Shown here: positions 51,743-64,000 of the stretch, one piece after another
How the letters are laid out: the number at the start of each line of letters is the position of its first letter
Numbering within the stretch: the stretch's first letter is position 1
Assembly (NCBI GenBank): GCA_951804945.1
Contig: OX638150.1
Coordinates: 41,912,001-41,976,000 of the forward strand
Direction of reading: 5' to 3'
DNA: 64,000 bases
Source of the DNA: Podarcis cretensis
Lineage: Eukaryota
The notes under the pieces: generated by a model
The model's database searches: none
What the model was told of the DNA's origin: nothing
What the model saw: only the letters and a program-made list of their open reading frames with translations
Made by a program: the position numbers and the translations under genes

Positions 51743-54700
51743 TACCCCTAGCATCAACAACTTGCACATGTTGTGTCAACCTGCTTCTGTGCCTGTACTA
51801 TTCTGATGGGCTTGAGGAATATTGGGATGATACCCCAGCCCAATCAAAATACACACGGAGAAGGCTCAGAGTGGGTGGGGAATCCCCCCCCCCAATGGCT
51901 CACATTTTGAGAACCTGTATCTTAAACATGACCATCTTTCTCCCATCTTTCTTTTTATTCCATACATCCAAACCCCATGGCTATTGCTCTGTTCTAAGGG
52001 TTCCATCTGCCTGCTGATTCACATTGTGGCCATCAAAACCTCTGTAGTGGTGGCTTCCACAGCTGGGACACTTTGCTTTTGGCTTGTCAGATTTTTGATG
52101 TCACAAAAATAACCGGCATATCCTGTGTTTAGGGGATGCTTTCAGTGAAGCGCTAATTATTAGATCACAGCCAATTTGAGAGGAGGTTGCAGGCAGCATT
52201 CCATTGGGGTCTGCTCTGGATGCATTACTGTTCCACAGTTTCATTAATGGCCTAGCTTAAAGAAGTAGCAAGTACGCTCAAATCTGACAATGTCTCAAAA
52301 TGGAGGAACTACAAGCACTAGAGGGCAAGATTAAAGCTCAGTGTGATGTTTAAAATAATTTTTTAAAAGAAAGAAATACAGAAATGTTAACTGAGGGAAG
52401 ACTGTCTGGGTTTAGTATATTCTGTGACAAGCTTGGGAAAGGGACAGTACACAGCTCTTGCGTGTGTGTGTGTGTGTGTGTGTGTGAGAGACACACACAC
52501 ACAAAATCACAAAGTGAAATCACCAGCAGCTTAAGACTCTACAAGCTGCTGTGCCAAAAACAGGCAGAGCAACTCACCTAGACTAAACCTTCTGCTACTG
52601 TCAAATCATCAGGATTTAAATGAAGCCATTTGTGCCCTTTCTTCTACCAGAGTTTGTTCTCTGCCGTCAGAAAAGAGGATAATTTGTCTTGATAAGGGAG
52701 AGATTGGTAGTGGTTCAGTTCATCAGTGTAAATTAATGCTGCCAACCTACACACTGTCTGTTTCATGGACTTGCCTGTGAGAGAACTCAGGAAAGGCATT
52801 TTACAATTTTAAAGTGGGGGTGTGTGTGTGCTCACGCCTGTGGCCCTCCACATGTTATTGGATGATGGGAGATGGAGTGCAACATCTGGAGGGTCATAGG
52901 TCCTCCATCTCTAAGATAAAAGAGTTGGTGCTGAGCTACAAAATCCAGTTCTGAGATCCAATGACTAAATGGGACGAGTGGGCTTGAAATGAATGCATTG
53001 TTGCAACACATAACCATTACAGTTTGGTAAGTGCCCTGTCTATTTCTTCCATTTTAAATTGGTTACTTCTGTTGAAGAATCTTGGCTATGTTTCCATTAT
53101 TTTTCTCACTAGAGATTAACAGAGGTAATCAATAAGGATAGGGTTTGAATCTCTCTCGAGGGTAGTAGGGTAGTGAAGAAGAAATGATTGTTTTATCTGA
53201 GGTACATCACCTGGGCTTCTTCGTTGTAGCTCATGTCTCTGCCTCTCTTTTGGAGTCTATAACCTAAGTCATTTGCTAAAAACTCCCTTGACTGCAGAAT
53301 GCTCCATGAATGACATAAGTATTGATGCACCAGGGAGCAGAACAGGATGCACTGCACAGCGAAAACACCTGAATCTTTTAGCATTACGTGGGACAGAGAC
53401 ACAGTTTGTCTGTTTCAGTTCTGTTTAGAAAAACCAGATGGTATAGTAAAACAATCCCCAGTTCAGTTTTTCAGATATTGAAGTGCTTTGTGTTAAACAT
53501 TGACATCAAAGGACTTTGAAATGGCCATGCTAAGCAGTCACCATGAAATGTCATTGCTTCATTAGTGTCACTTTAAAGGCATAACATTAGATTTCCAGCG
53601 CTGCTGTGTGAGTTCCGTAGCCATATTATGCATAGGGCAGTTTAATTGCCAGCAGCAACAAGTTTCACCCATTTTCTCTTTCTTCTGTGGCTAAGTAGTT
53701 ACGATAGCACAAGTACTAGTGCAATCAGACTTAACATGTTTCCATAATTTCAATATACCCTCTACCAACTCATTCTCTCTCTCTGTGTGTGTGTGTGCGC
53801 GCGCGCGTGTGTTTGTGTGGTGTGTGCATGCACAGCAGTTAAAAACATATGATATTGGGTGTGGAAAATCTTTTAAAAGCCATAGCTACCCATAATAGGT
53901 TTTTCAACTTATTTATGTGTATATGTATGCCACTCAGACTAGTCAGAGACATTGTGCCCAATTTTATTATTTTAAACAATTTTAGGGTGCAAAAGTACCC
54001 ATACTCAGTTGTCCTAAGTTGAACTTTTTTGATACAAAGTAAAGCTTTAAAGACCCCAATCCTGATGCACAATGACACTGAAGTAAATGCAAATCACACG
54101 AACACTAACCTCTTTTATGAATAATTCATTATTATTTTTTACAAAAAAAAACCCAAGTGCAATGGTAATCTTTGTGAAAATTCAATGTCAAAAATAGCAA
54201 GGAAGACTCAAATTCTAAGAACAGTGTGATGATTACTAAATGACTTGCAATGCCCTTGCAGGTAGTAAGGAGAGAGATGGCCCAAATTATTCTAATTAGG
54301 AGTTTTGCTGAGTCAGACAGAAGCTACTGAGCATGAGGTTAACTGGAGGGAGAGTCTTGTTTTCTCTCAGAAAGCTCCAGCTTTGTATTCTCAAGGCTGT
54401 CTAACACAAAACTTTCTTCTTCATGAATATTACCTCAGTGGAGGAAAGCCATGGCATTATTTGCTAACGATGCAGCTGACAATTACCCTGCCCAGACATG
54501 ATATTCATGTAGGAAAAACCATCTTTTATGGAGTGGTGAGGAACCTTTGGCCTGGGGATCAAATCAAGCCCTCAAGGCTTCTCTGTCTGGCCTAATACTG
54601 TGCTCAGACTATGCACCTTTCCAGGCCACACTTCCTCTCCACAGGCTATATTCTTCACTGACCCAGTTCCATCATTGAGAACTTCTGCATAGCTAGAACA

Positions 54701-55303
54701 TGTCCTTGAACTATGATAATGCCCGTTTGCCTGGATGGAGAGGTATGTGTATGTGTAGAAATCACTGGTTTATGCATGGCTGAAATGTAGCCTATTGGTC
54801 AAAGGTAAGAGCCACATCCATTGCTCTGCCCACTTTTGCCACTGACCATGCCCACATTTGCTTTTGGTCCTCACCACTAACAGCTTGAATACCTTTCCCT
54901 CACCCCACCTGCAGCGTGCTCACAAAAGAATGTGGCCCTTGGGCTAAAAAAATATTCCCCATCCCCTCACCTAAAGATAGCCAGATATTATTGGACTCCG
55001 GCTTCCATCAGCCTTACACAGCATGGTCAATGCTCAGGAATGCTGGGAGTTGTAGTTCAACAATATTTAAAGGGCACTACATTGCCTACTTCTGGGACTC
55101 TAGTGTGACCCAAACCTCTGCCAGAGGGATTGTGTTACCAGTGTCCACCCCGCACCCCATGTTGGTCTTTATAGGAAAAGCTAGTGTTTGCTACTCAGTG
55201 AATAATCAGAGCAGAATGGTCTGAAGGCAAATGATGCAGTTCTACTGTGGAAGCTAAACAGGTTTGGCTCTGGAAGATGTCTGGATGGAAAAACAGCCTA
55301 GAA

Positions 55304-55439
55304 CTGGCATCCCCAACCTGTGGCCCCCCAGATGTTTTGGCCTACAACTCCCATGATCCCTAGCTAACAGGACTAGTGGTCAGGGATGATGGGAATTGTA
55401 GGCCAAAACATCTGGAGGGCCGAAGCTTGGGGATGCCTG
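55304..55439. mobile_element. Palindromic hAT MITE
   Basis: CTGGCATCCCCAA / TTGGGGATGCCTG; 8-bp TSD GCCTAGAA/GACTAGAA; older relatives near 14610-14720, 47338-47460 and 54985-55075. Confidence 0.85.
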
Positions 55440-55986
55440 GACTAGAAGCCATTCAGAAGCCACTCTGAGCTTTCTGGAGGAAAAGTGGGATATAGTTTGA
55501 AATATAAAGTAAATCATCAGGAAGTGACCCTTGGACTTTTCAAAAAATCTATGGTATGTTGCCATAGAAACCCCTTTAGAAAGATAGGGCATCCCAAGGG
55601 TCCAAGATTAGCATTTTGTTTGTTGACTTGTAGTCCTAAAATGAAAAAGACATAACTCTTTGCTGCTTTCTAAAATATGCTAAGCAACAATTCTGCACCT
55701 GAGCCACCAGTACAGATGAAAATGTTGGTAACAGACCATGAAGAGAGCATCCCAATGAAAAGAGCATCTGCTGTTATGTTTCAGAGCTTTGACATGTGGC
55801 TGATACAAACTTTGTCAGAGAAATGAAGACTATCCTGGAATAAATAGTAGCCTCTTTCCGTTCTACATTCATTACAGCTTGAATTTATTTATTTAAAGCA
55901 TTCTGCACCACATTTCATAAGATCAGGTTCCACAGTGGAGTACAATATAGAATATTTAAAACAAAATCTAGTACAATAAAATGCTA

Positions 55987-56839
55987 ATGACCGCTCCCCA
56001 CTTAAAACGGGGGGCGCCTTTTGCGTGGACGCGTGCAGCCCTGGATCTGGAGTGGCCCCATCAGCATAGGCTTTGCCTTCCCTCAGGTGGGATACCTGGA
56101 GGTCCCCGCCTAACCCCAGTGAGTTGTCCAATCCCACCTGGGGGAAGCGTTGCCAGGGAAACCAGGCCAGGTAAGGGGAGGGATTACCTGCCCACACAAT
56201 AGAGGGTGGATCTTACTTGTTAATCCTCACTTGGCTCCAGAGCTTCTCCCACCCTACCCACCCTCAGTTAATGTCTTCTTTTGCAGGTTAACTTTTCTTC
56301 ATAGGTTTTGCAGGTTAACCTCTCCACAGGTATGCGGGCGCTGCTACGATAAGGTCGCTGTTAAAGGGCCGGAAAGGAATTTCCCTGCATTGGCAGGTTT
56401 CGCCTTTCCCGTAGCAAAACGTCACAACTTTGGCGGTATCAGGACTTGGGCGGAATCCTTTAGTCCATCTTCCTCTTTGCGGCGGCGATACCAAGGTTCC
56501 CCGTTAAAGGGGTTTTTGAAGGGAGGCTTTGGCCGTACGCCGAAAGGTCGTCATTGCTCTCCCCTGCGGCGGCGTAACGGGGGCGGCTATCTCTGCTTGA
56601 ACATATGTTCTCCAGAGCCGGCCCATCCCCCACACACACACTGGATAGCCCTGATGCTCCCTAGGTCCCCGGCTGGGGACTAGGGAGGGAGAACGCCCAA
56701 TGCCTGAGCCAAGGTCTACCCACATTTGAAATTTAATAAAGTTGTGGCCAATTTAATCCCATAGCACGTTGTCTAGAGTCGTTATTCCACATGACGGGGG
56801 GGACCACTCGGGATCTGGGGACTCCGCCTGTCCACGCAA
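55987..56839 (+). mobile_element. Second, divergent DIRS/Ngaro-like terminal-repeat remnant
   Basis: Same motif order as 5200-5990; AATAAAGTTGTGGCC 56735-56749; 10-bp inverted repeat TTGCGTGGAC (56021-56030) / GTCCACGCAA (56830-56839); no TSD. Confidence 0.55.
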
Positions 56840-57139
56840 CAGTACAATCCTCTCCTCACAATACTTTTTGATGGCTGTGGGTGGGTAGGATACTGCTTAG
56901 TCTCTTCTCCACCAACCTCCACTGGTAGCCAGCAGAAAGCCCTGAAACAGAGTGGGGGTACCATGCTGGTGGCTTTGGATCTACTGGATTCCTGGACCCT
57001 TCAGCTATGCCAGCCTGCAGCTATAGCAGAAGGATGTGGGCAAGGCACTTGGATCAGTGCGGGAGACTACATGGTCTCTAGACCCTTGCCCCTTGTGGCT
57101 GATTAAAACAAGCAAGGAGGCAATAGCCAGCTGAGCTAC

Positions 57140-57480
57140 GGAGGTGATTAACATCTATATGAAACCACTGAGTGGTGTTATCCAGAGATTCAGAGTATGT
57201 TGTCATCAATAAGCGGATGACCTGCCGTTCCATATCTCCTTCACATCTGCTGTATCAATGTCTGGCTGTAGTAACGGACTAGACGAAAGCTAATAAACTG
57301 AAGCTCAATCCGGGCACAGTTAGTGGGAGGTTCTCTAGACCAGATGAGTGGAGTTCAGCCTGTTCTAGAAGGAGTTGTGCTCCCCCTAAATAAGCAGGTG
57401 TGCAGTTTGGGGGTAGTTCTAGATCCACAAGTAGCACAGAGTGCCCTCCATCAGCCTTGGCTGATGTAAACAGATGGTAT
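57140..57480 (+). mobile_element. Degraded L2-type RT fragment
   Basis: INIYMKPLSGVIQRFRVCCHQ*ADD and KLKLNPG motifs. Confidence 0.65.
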
Positions 57481-60400
57481 CTTGACAAATGTGTGTGGCC
57501 CCAACCTCACAATTTCTGATATAATAGGGGATACTATTAAGGGCATTTACTTACAGGAAAGGAGAAGTTGGTGGAAGGGAGGGTAATCAGAACTTCTCCC
57601 ATGACTATTTTGTAAATCCAGTTCATTTTCAGATGTGGTGAGAAAGAAAGAAAATCCAAACCACCTGAAAATTACCTGTAGGGTATTAGCAGCCCCTTAT
57701 GCTAATATTATGAAGGAAAAGTGGACTAAGAGCTGTATGTGTTTCACTCCTAACTTCTGATTTGACCCTCAGACTCCAGTCTTGAACCAATAACAAACTG
57801 TGGGTATGGATAGCTATTGCCATCACAACTTGCTTATGAGCAGAGTGATCTCATTGGCTGCTGCTAAAGACAGAATGCTGAGTTTGATAGACCTTGGTCT
57901 GATCCACCAAGGCAAACCTTATGTTCTTACTCTCATTTTTTTGCTGAGTTGAGGATTATTGATAAAAGAACCAAGACATCAGTCAATATGTTTGTGGGCC
58001 TTGCTTTGACCAAGTGGCTCTTGTTTCTTGGAATGGTAGCTCAAGGTCATAATCTGAGTGAACTAGATCTTTCTGACTGAAAGATCAGCCACATTCAGTC
58101 CATCATTTGGAATATAACTTTAGAAAAACTGAACTAGTCCACTGTTTGCTTTAATTTGCTTTTTCTTTGTCCTTATCTGAGAGAAGCACTTGGGGTCAGG
58201 GCAAAGGCAGAGCTACCAATTCCAAAGCTCTCTCTCCTTCTCCACTCTGTTTCTTCCATATTTTTCTGGGAAGTGTGCCATTTTCCTGGTTCCCTAGATT
58301 TGAGATTTTTTCCCATCATATTCAACCTCTTAAATATCCTATTGAACCTCTAATTTGCTGAACCATTTATTCGAGACCAGTTACTTATTTTGTGTTTACG
58401 GGCCCAGCTCTAATGCAGGTTTTATTTTTAATATTCCTCCTTTCCTCTGAGAAGCTTGAGGTGGCAAACACTTCCCAAATTTATAATAATAAATAGCAAT
58501 CATCTAACAATCCCTTGAGGTATGTTAGGTTGAAAGTAAGTGACCAGCCCAAGGTCATCCAGTGAGCTACATAGGTGAGTCAGGATTTGAACCCTGGTCA
58601 CCCAGGTCCTAGTTCAACATACTAACATACTAACCCAGGGTGGCCCAACTTTTCATACTATGTGGGCCACAACAGTACCTAGGCTGCACACTGTCTTGTC
58701 ATGGGGGGAACAACACACACACAACCCTCCTGCCTTCTCAAAGCTGGCTAAGTGAGGTGCTAGGCTTTAGGAAGGGGGCCCAAGGCTCTGGCAGTGTCCA
58801 AAGCCCTCCCACTTCATTCCCCAAGCTGGGAAAGTGCTAACATGGCTTTGGAAAGGAGAAGGAGGACTCTAGGACCCTGTCAGAGCCTTCGCACCTCCTT
58901 CCCAAAGCCCAGTGGCCTCACTTGCATGGCTTTGGTAAAACGGGGGGGGGGGGGGGCATCATATGTTGCTAAGGGCCACCAAAAATGCTCTTGAGGGCTG
59001 CATGTGTGACCATTATGCTCTAACCACATCACCACACTGCCTAAATGCAAATAAGACTGCAACCTTATACATACTTATGGCATGCCAAATTGGACACAGT
59101 GGGACTTTTTTTTAAAGCATACATAGGATTGTGCTGCATGAGATGTGTTTCAGTTGCATTCTAGCTCATTGGGAGCTAGAATGAACCTCTCTGAACCCGT
59201 TTTGGGGTTTGGGCTCAGACTTGAGATGCCCCCTTGCTCAGTAGCGTAATTTGCATTAGCAATTTGACAAGACCCTCAGATTTATTTATTTTTAACTGGA
59301 TCGTGATGGCAATTGTAGCTATGGAGTTTAAAGCATCCTTCTATTATATGCCTGAATTTGGATCATAATTTTCCAGTATCACTCATTTTCACCATTTATT
59401 TGTTTGGGGTTTGCTGACAGCTGCAAGGCTTCTTCTGCAAGGCCTTGGGAAGCCACTGTCCATGGTGGACATTGCTGGGCTGTGTAGACCAGGACTCCAC
59501 ATTCTCTTATAATAGAGCTTCAGGAAGTTGATGCTGAGAACTTCTCGTTCCAGGTGCATCACATAACACACATAAAACTCTCAGCTCTTGGTAATAAAAA
59601 TGTCACTAAATTCTGACAGAGAGGATTTTGGTTCCTTGTAGAACCACAGAGTTTACCTTGCCCTCTTGACAGCCCTTCAAGTATAACCATACTCCCCACT
59701 CCAATCTTTTCTTTTCCAGGCTAAACGTAGCCAGTTTGTTCGAGATTTCCTCACAAGACTTGCTTTCCAGATCCCTGACCATCTTGAAAGGGATGTTTGT
59801 TACCAGTTGGTTTATAATGCATGCAACATATACTTAAAAAGTTAGAACTCGACAGTTAAATTTAACACAGTAGCGAAGGTTGAGTGATTACAGGTCAGGA
59901 CGGAGTACTGCTGTTGCATACCAGATTCATGCTTCACCGTTACTCCCTGCCTACAGCCTCACATGAAGGAAGATATCAGAGATATGCAAAACCCACCCAG
60001 CCCTCTTCAGAAATTTCACCCATTCATCAAAATTGTTTTAACTTCCCCAATCATACCTGCAAAGGCTGTGAGCGAGCAGAGCAGGACTCTTCAGAATTGC
60101 CTTGGATTTTGTTTTACACATCTGAACTAGATGCAAATGCAACCTTTAGCAGAATCCCAGGATACAAACTCACAAATTAGGTGCTTCGTAATTCATCACC
60201 CTATTGGGCAACAATTCTATCATTCGATGAAATAAGGTGGTAGGCAGAGGTGATGGAATTCTGTATTGTTCCATTTCAGACTATAGTTAGGTAGCAGTGT
60301 GGGTTTTTTATTATTATTAATGCTCCTGGTCCCCTGCACATTAAAACGCTCTCTGCATGAAGCAAAACCATCAAGGAGATGGCTGTGCTAACACACTTTC

Positions 60401-60669
60401 CCTGATGTGCTCATTTACTACATAAAAGGATACCCTTCTCCTTTGCCGTCCTCTTCTGTGGGGAGCATTCAGAAATAGGAGCTCTCACCTGCAGAACGAA
60501 CTGACCCAATGCAGAATACTATCACTTCAGTTTTGCTGCAGTCGTTTTCACACATTCACTGAATGTGGGGAGGGCAGAATTGCATCCCCTGCCTCCACTC
60601 CATGCTAGACTATCAAATGTGAACGAGTGGTATAGGTTCTGTCTGCATAACCAAGAAGGGGGGGGGGAT

Positions 60670-60704
<35 letters not shown>

Positions 60705-61049
60705 CCTCAGTCCAGCGTACAAAGCTATGCCTGCACATTGCTACCCACCTGGCTCTGCTCAGACGTTTCGCTGCATGCATAGAGAGTCTGTCCCTCCACA
60801 GGTTCAGTGAAGTGCTGGCTGTTGTGAGAGCAGGTGTGCATGGTATGTAGGTGGTTAAAACGGGGGGGGGGGGGACCCCGGGTGGCAAATGGGTATCTTT
60901 CCCCACTCTTTCAGAACATGATTGAAGATGAAGTGGGAGGAGTCTCATACCTGCTCCTGAGATTGAGCGGGAAAGTGCAGCGTCTTCATTCACCTGGCTT
61001 GCCAAGGTGTGCTCGGCTCCTGCATACGGCACAGACGCCTCTGTTTCCA

Positions 61050-61735
61050 CAAAACAGGCTCCCCACAGCCACGCCCCGAAGGTCCAGGCCACAGAGCAGC
61101 GCCCAAGACCTCACAGGGCACCTTCTTGGGGCCCTTTAGACCAGCCCTCCCTCTCCCCGCTCCCCTCTTTCAGCTCCGTGACAAACCCATCCCGACATAA
61201 CTTGTGGACACGCGCTCCCCGCCCCGCCCCCATCCCGCGCCGCCTAACTACCATTCAATTAAGGAAGGTGGCTCCGGCGAGGGGGCCTTTTGCCCGCCTC
61301 CGGGCGCTGAGGGGAAGAGGGGGGAAAGGAGCTTCTCTCGCCAGTCCTGCAGAGGGTGGCCTCTGTGTGGAGGGAGCCCGAGAGCGGGGCAGGGCAGGGG
61401 TCTTCGGGCCTCGTCTCCCCTCCCCGAAAAGCGGACTCTGTCCTGAGCCCCCCCACCCCAGCTCCCTCGGCCGTCGGCCCCCGGCGCCGCGGGGCTGCGA
61501 CTCCTTCGCCGGGGGCCGGGACTGGGCGGGCCTAGAGAGGGAGGCAGGCGGGAGAGGCGGCGGCTCCTCGCGCAGCCTCTAGCTGTCCCCGCCCGCTCGA
61601 CAGCAGCAGCTCCTCTCGAGCCCGTGCGAGCAGCGGCGGCGCAGGCAGCTCCGGCCAGCGCTCGGCGACGAGGATGCCCAGCCCGGCGGCACCTCCGCAG
61701 TGCTCCCGCTCCGCCCCGGCATGGTGAGTGAGGGA

Positions 61736-61767
<32 letters not shown>

Positions 61768-61875
61768 GGGCGCGCAGGGTTGGCGGGCAAGGGCGAGGGA
61801 AGAAAGAAAGAAAGAGAGGAGGGGACGGAAGGTGGCCGGTCAGGGCTGCGTTCCGCGCTTCCTGCCAGCCCAAGG

Positions 61876-61918
<43 letters not shown>

Positions 61919-62050
61919 GTGGTAGTGGTGCTTTTTCTCGCCAGAGACGGTGCCAAGGGAATTCCCTGCCCGGTGAGCTTCTGGGAGCTGTTGCTGCCCC
62001 GCTCTCCGCTTCGGCACTATTCTGTCCGGGCACAGCAGCCACACCTGCCC
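61050..62050 (+). promoter_or_regulatory. CpG-island promoter / 5' region of SHISA6
   Basis: Abrupt rise in GC and CpG content; GC boxes (CCCCGCCCCGCCCC ~61217-61230, GGGCGGG ~61524); lies directly upstream of the coding exon. Confidence 0.85.
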
Positions 62051-62268
62051 TCCTCTTCTTCTGTGGCACCCATGCCAGCTTGGGCGGGAGGTTTTCCTTC
62101 CACACCGAAGGCGACCCTCTGCCTGGATCTCTTAACTCTCTGGCCTCTTGGAGTAGGCCCCCTTGGAGGGGCAGCTGCTGCAGCACCCCTGGCACATTGA
62201 CCCCCCCCTTTCCCTTGCTCATTTTCTCCTGGGCCAGGTAGCCTCTAATGTCCTCTTCTCTCTTACAG
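61724..62268 (+). other. Putative 5'-UTR intron of SHISA6
   Basis: Consensus donor ATG|GTGAGT at 61724; branch-like CTCTAAT, polypyrimidine tract and TTACAG| acceptor at 62243-62268; microsatellites inside. Confidence 0.55.
61878..61930. repeat. (CTG)n then (GGT)n tract in the SHISA6 5' region
   Basis: About 12 CTG units followed by GGT units; (GGCA)n nearby at ~61737-61763. Confidence 0.95.
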
Positions 62269-62542
62269 CCTATCACAGGAGGAGCTGTGATCAGATCGGG
62301 ACTTTCCCAGTAAGAAGAGCCCATTCTTGCTCTGAAGCAGCCAAGTCGTGCCTCTTGCTTCTTGCCGGGATGAAGAGGCATCTCCAGAGACGGAGGATGG
62401 ATCTGGGATGCTGCCAGTGAAGCGCCACCGAGGAGCACCTGATTCCTACCCCTGTTCACTATCCATGGAGTGGCAGAGCCGAGATCCTTGATTGGGCTGG
62501 GCAGAGCCCTCTGCCTCCCAACTTTTGCTCCTCCGGCTCACC

Positions 62543-63198
62543 ATGGGGTGGAGGCATCTCCTGTTGCTCCTGCCTCTTGCCCTGTACGCCTTGGCGCTGC
62601 TGCTAACCACACAGGCAGCTGGGCCCCTACGGACACCCAAGGGCAACCGGACACAGGGGGCAGCAGCCCCTCGACGACCTTACAAGCCGGCCAAGGAGCA
62701 ACAGAACCAGACGCTAGCCAACACACCACCATCTCCTGTGGCAGCTGGTAGTGGGGGAAACCGTGGGCGCAGTCCAGCAAGGGTGCCCTCCAATGTCAGC
62801 GCAGGCAGCTCTGTGCCAGCGTATGAGACATGCATGGGCTACTACGATGTGAGCGGGCAGTGGGACAAGGAGTTTGAGTGCAACAATTCCCAGAAGGATT
62901 TCCGCTACTGTTGCGGCACCTGCTATTACCGCTTTTGCTGCAACAAGCGCTCTGAGAAGCTGAATCAGGATAGGTGCCGGAATCAGGGCCCGCGCCCCAA
63001 CACAGATCTAATGACCCCTGCCACCAGTAATGATGGAGCTGGAGGTATACCCAATGGGTATGACCCAAATGAGGACAACACGAATGCCACCGTCTACATT
63101 TCATGTGGTGCCATTGCCTTTGTTGTCATTGCAGGCATTTTTGCCAAGGTGGCCTATGACAAAGCACGACAGCCACCGCAGGAGATGAACATCCACAG
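62543..63198 (+). CDS. SHISA6: First coding exon of protein shisa-6 (CKAMP52)-like: signal peptide, 8-Cys Shisa domain, TM helix; continues beyond the window
   Basis: Kozak ACCATGG at 62540-62546; Leu-rich signal peptide MGWRHLLLLLPLALYALALLL; YETCMGYYDVSGQWDKEFECNNS..YCCGTCYYRFCC..C; TM VYISCGAIAFVVIAGIFAKVAY; juxtamembrane DKARQPPQEMNIHR resembles SHISA6 (DKAHRPPREMNIHR, from memory) rather than SHISA7/8/9; phase-2 donor CAG|GTGAGA at 63198/63199. Confidence 0.9.
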
Positions 63199-64000
63199 GT
63201 GAGAACAGGGTGTGGATTCTGTACCTATTTACCTCTCCCACGACCTATGCAATGAAAATGCATTAGTGAGAGTGAAGTATGAGCACTCAGTAATGACAGC
63301 ATCCTACATCATGGGAAGAATCCCCCTTTCTCACAGAAACACAGCTACTTCCCTTACCGTAGGTGATTAACAGTGGCCCAACTTTTTTCTCCTTATAAAT
63401 GGGTTGGCTGTATTCCTTGATCTTCCATAAATCTCTGCTGTCCTGCAGGGAATGGAAGAAATAGTTCTCTTTAGGACACTTGAGCCAGTCCTTTCACCTG
63501 CTGTACAGCATAGTTCCTTCTGTGTCCCAAGGAGCTAAGTACAGATGTAAAACTCCTTTCTGGAAGAGATTGCCCCATATCCAGGCACCATATAGATCCC
63601 AAAAGAAATTGCTTTACAGCCAAGTAAGAGTAAGGAGTGGAGAGAGAGAGAGCCAATCTTTCTTCCCAGGACAATTGCTTCCTTTGCACAGAATCTTCTT
63701 GCCTCCATATGGAAGTCCATATATACAGTCTTGCATGTTATACCATAAATTCATATTTCTTCCCTTTTGTATTCTTGCTTAGTGAACAAAAAAATAATAA
63801 TATACCATTTTCGTAACAGGGACAGGATATGCTATTGGGAAGTAGGTTTTCATTTCCAATTCTGGAAAAGGAGCTGGCTTAAAACACACACACTTCTCTG
63901 CTCCTTTAGTTTAACACTGGGTTAATAAAACAGACATAATGAACAGAAGTTAATTGGTACTGTAAGTGCAAATGTTTAAAATGGGTCTTCTATTAAGAAG

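Noticed and set aside
1-61000. Remaining short ORFs, and the expected neighbour PIRT
   Set aside because: No recognisable domains or exon chains; no ORF resembles PIRT as I recall it. Small or non-coding exons cannot be excluded without RNA data.
61248-62459. 403-aa minus-strand ORF and overlapping poly-Q/poly-A/poly-L/poly-C ORFs
   Set aside because: Stop-poor CpG island plus CTG and GGCA microsatellites; low complexity and no recognisable domain.
62492-62542. ORF-track N-terminal extension of SHISA6
   Set aside because: Starts at TTG; the ATG at 62543 has a perfect Kozak context and begins the signal peptide.
63510-63540. REST/RE1-like site (TGTCC..GGAGCTAA)
   Set aside because: Wrong half-site spacing and several mismatches.

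Overview
Vertebrate genomic DNA; the repeat content (Sauria SINE, BovB/RTE, CR1, tRNA-headed SINEs, Penelope fragment) points to a squamate, probably a lacertid lizard (inference). About 61 kb is non-coding sequence upstream of a CpG-island promoter (~61.05-62.05 kb) and the first coding exon of a SHISA6-type AMPA-receptor auxiliary subunit gene (62543-63198, +). No other host gene is supported. Main observations: (1) two divergent ~400-bp solo LTRs (21409-21807, 50403-50806) share an ATG-less reading frame whose C-terminal half shows a protein-coding substitution pattern; (2) two divergent DIRS/Ngaro-like elements (~5200-5990, ~55987-56839) share a multi-stem RNA fold with compensatory base changes and a U-rich internal loop (ENE-like); (3) a minimal hammerhead ribozyme in a Penelope fragment; (4) the SHISA6 ectodomain lacks the NYxxPxW motif and may have a uORF-rich spliced leader. 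Repeat family names and reference protein comparisons are from memory, not database searches.
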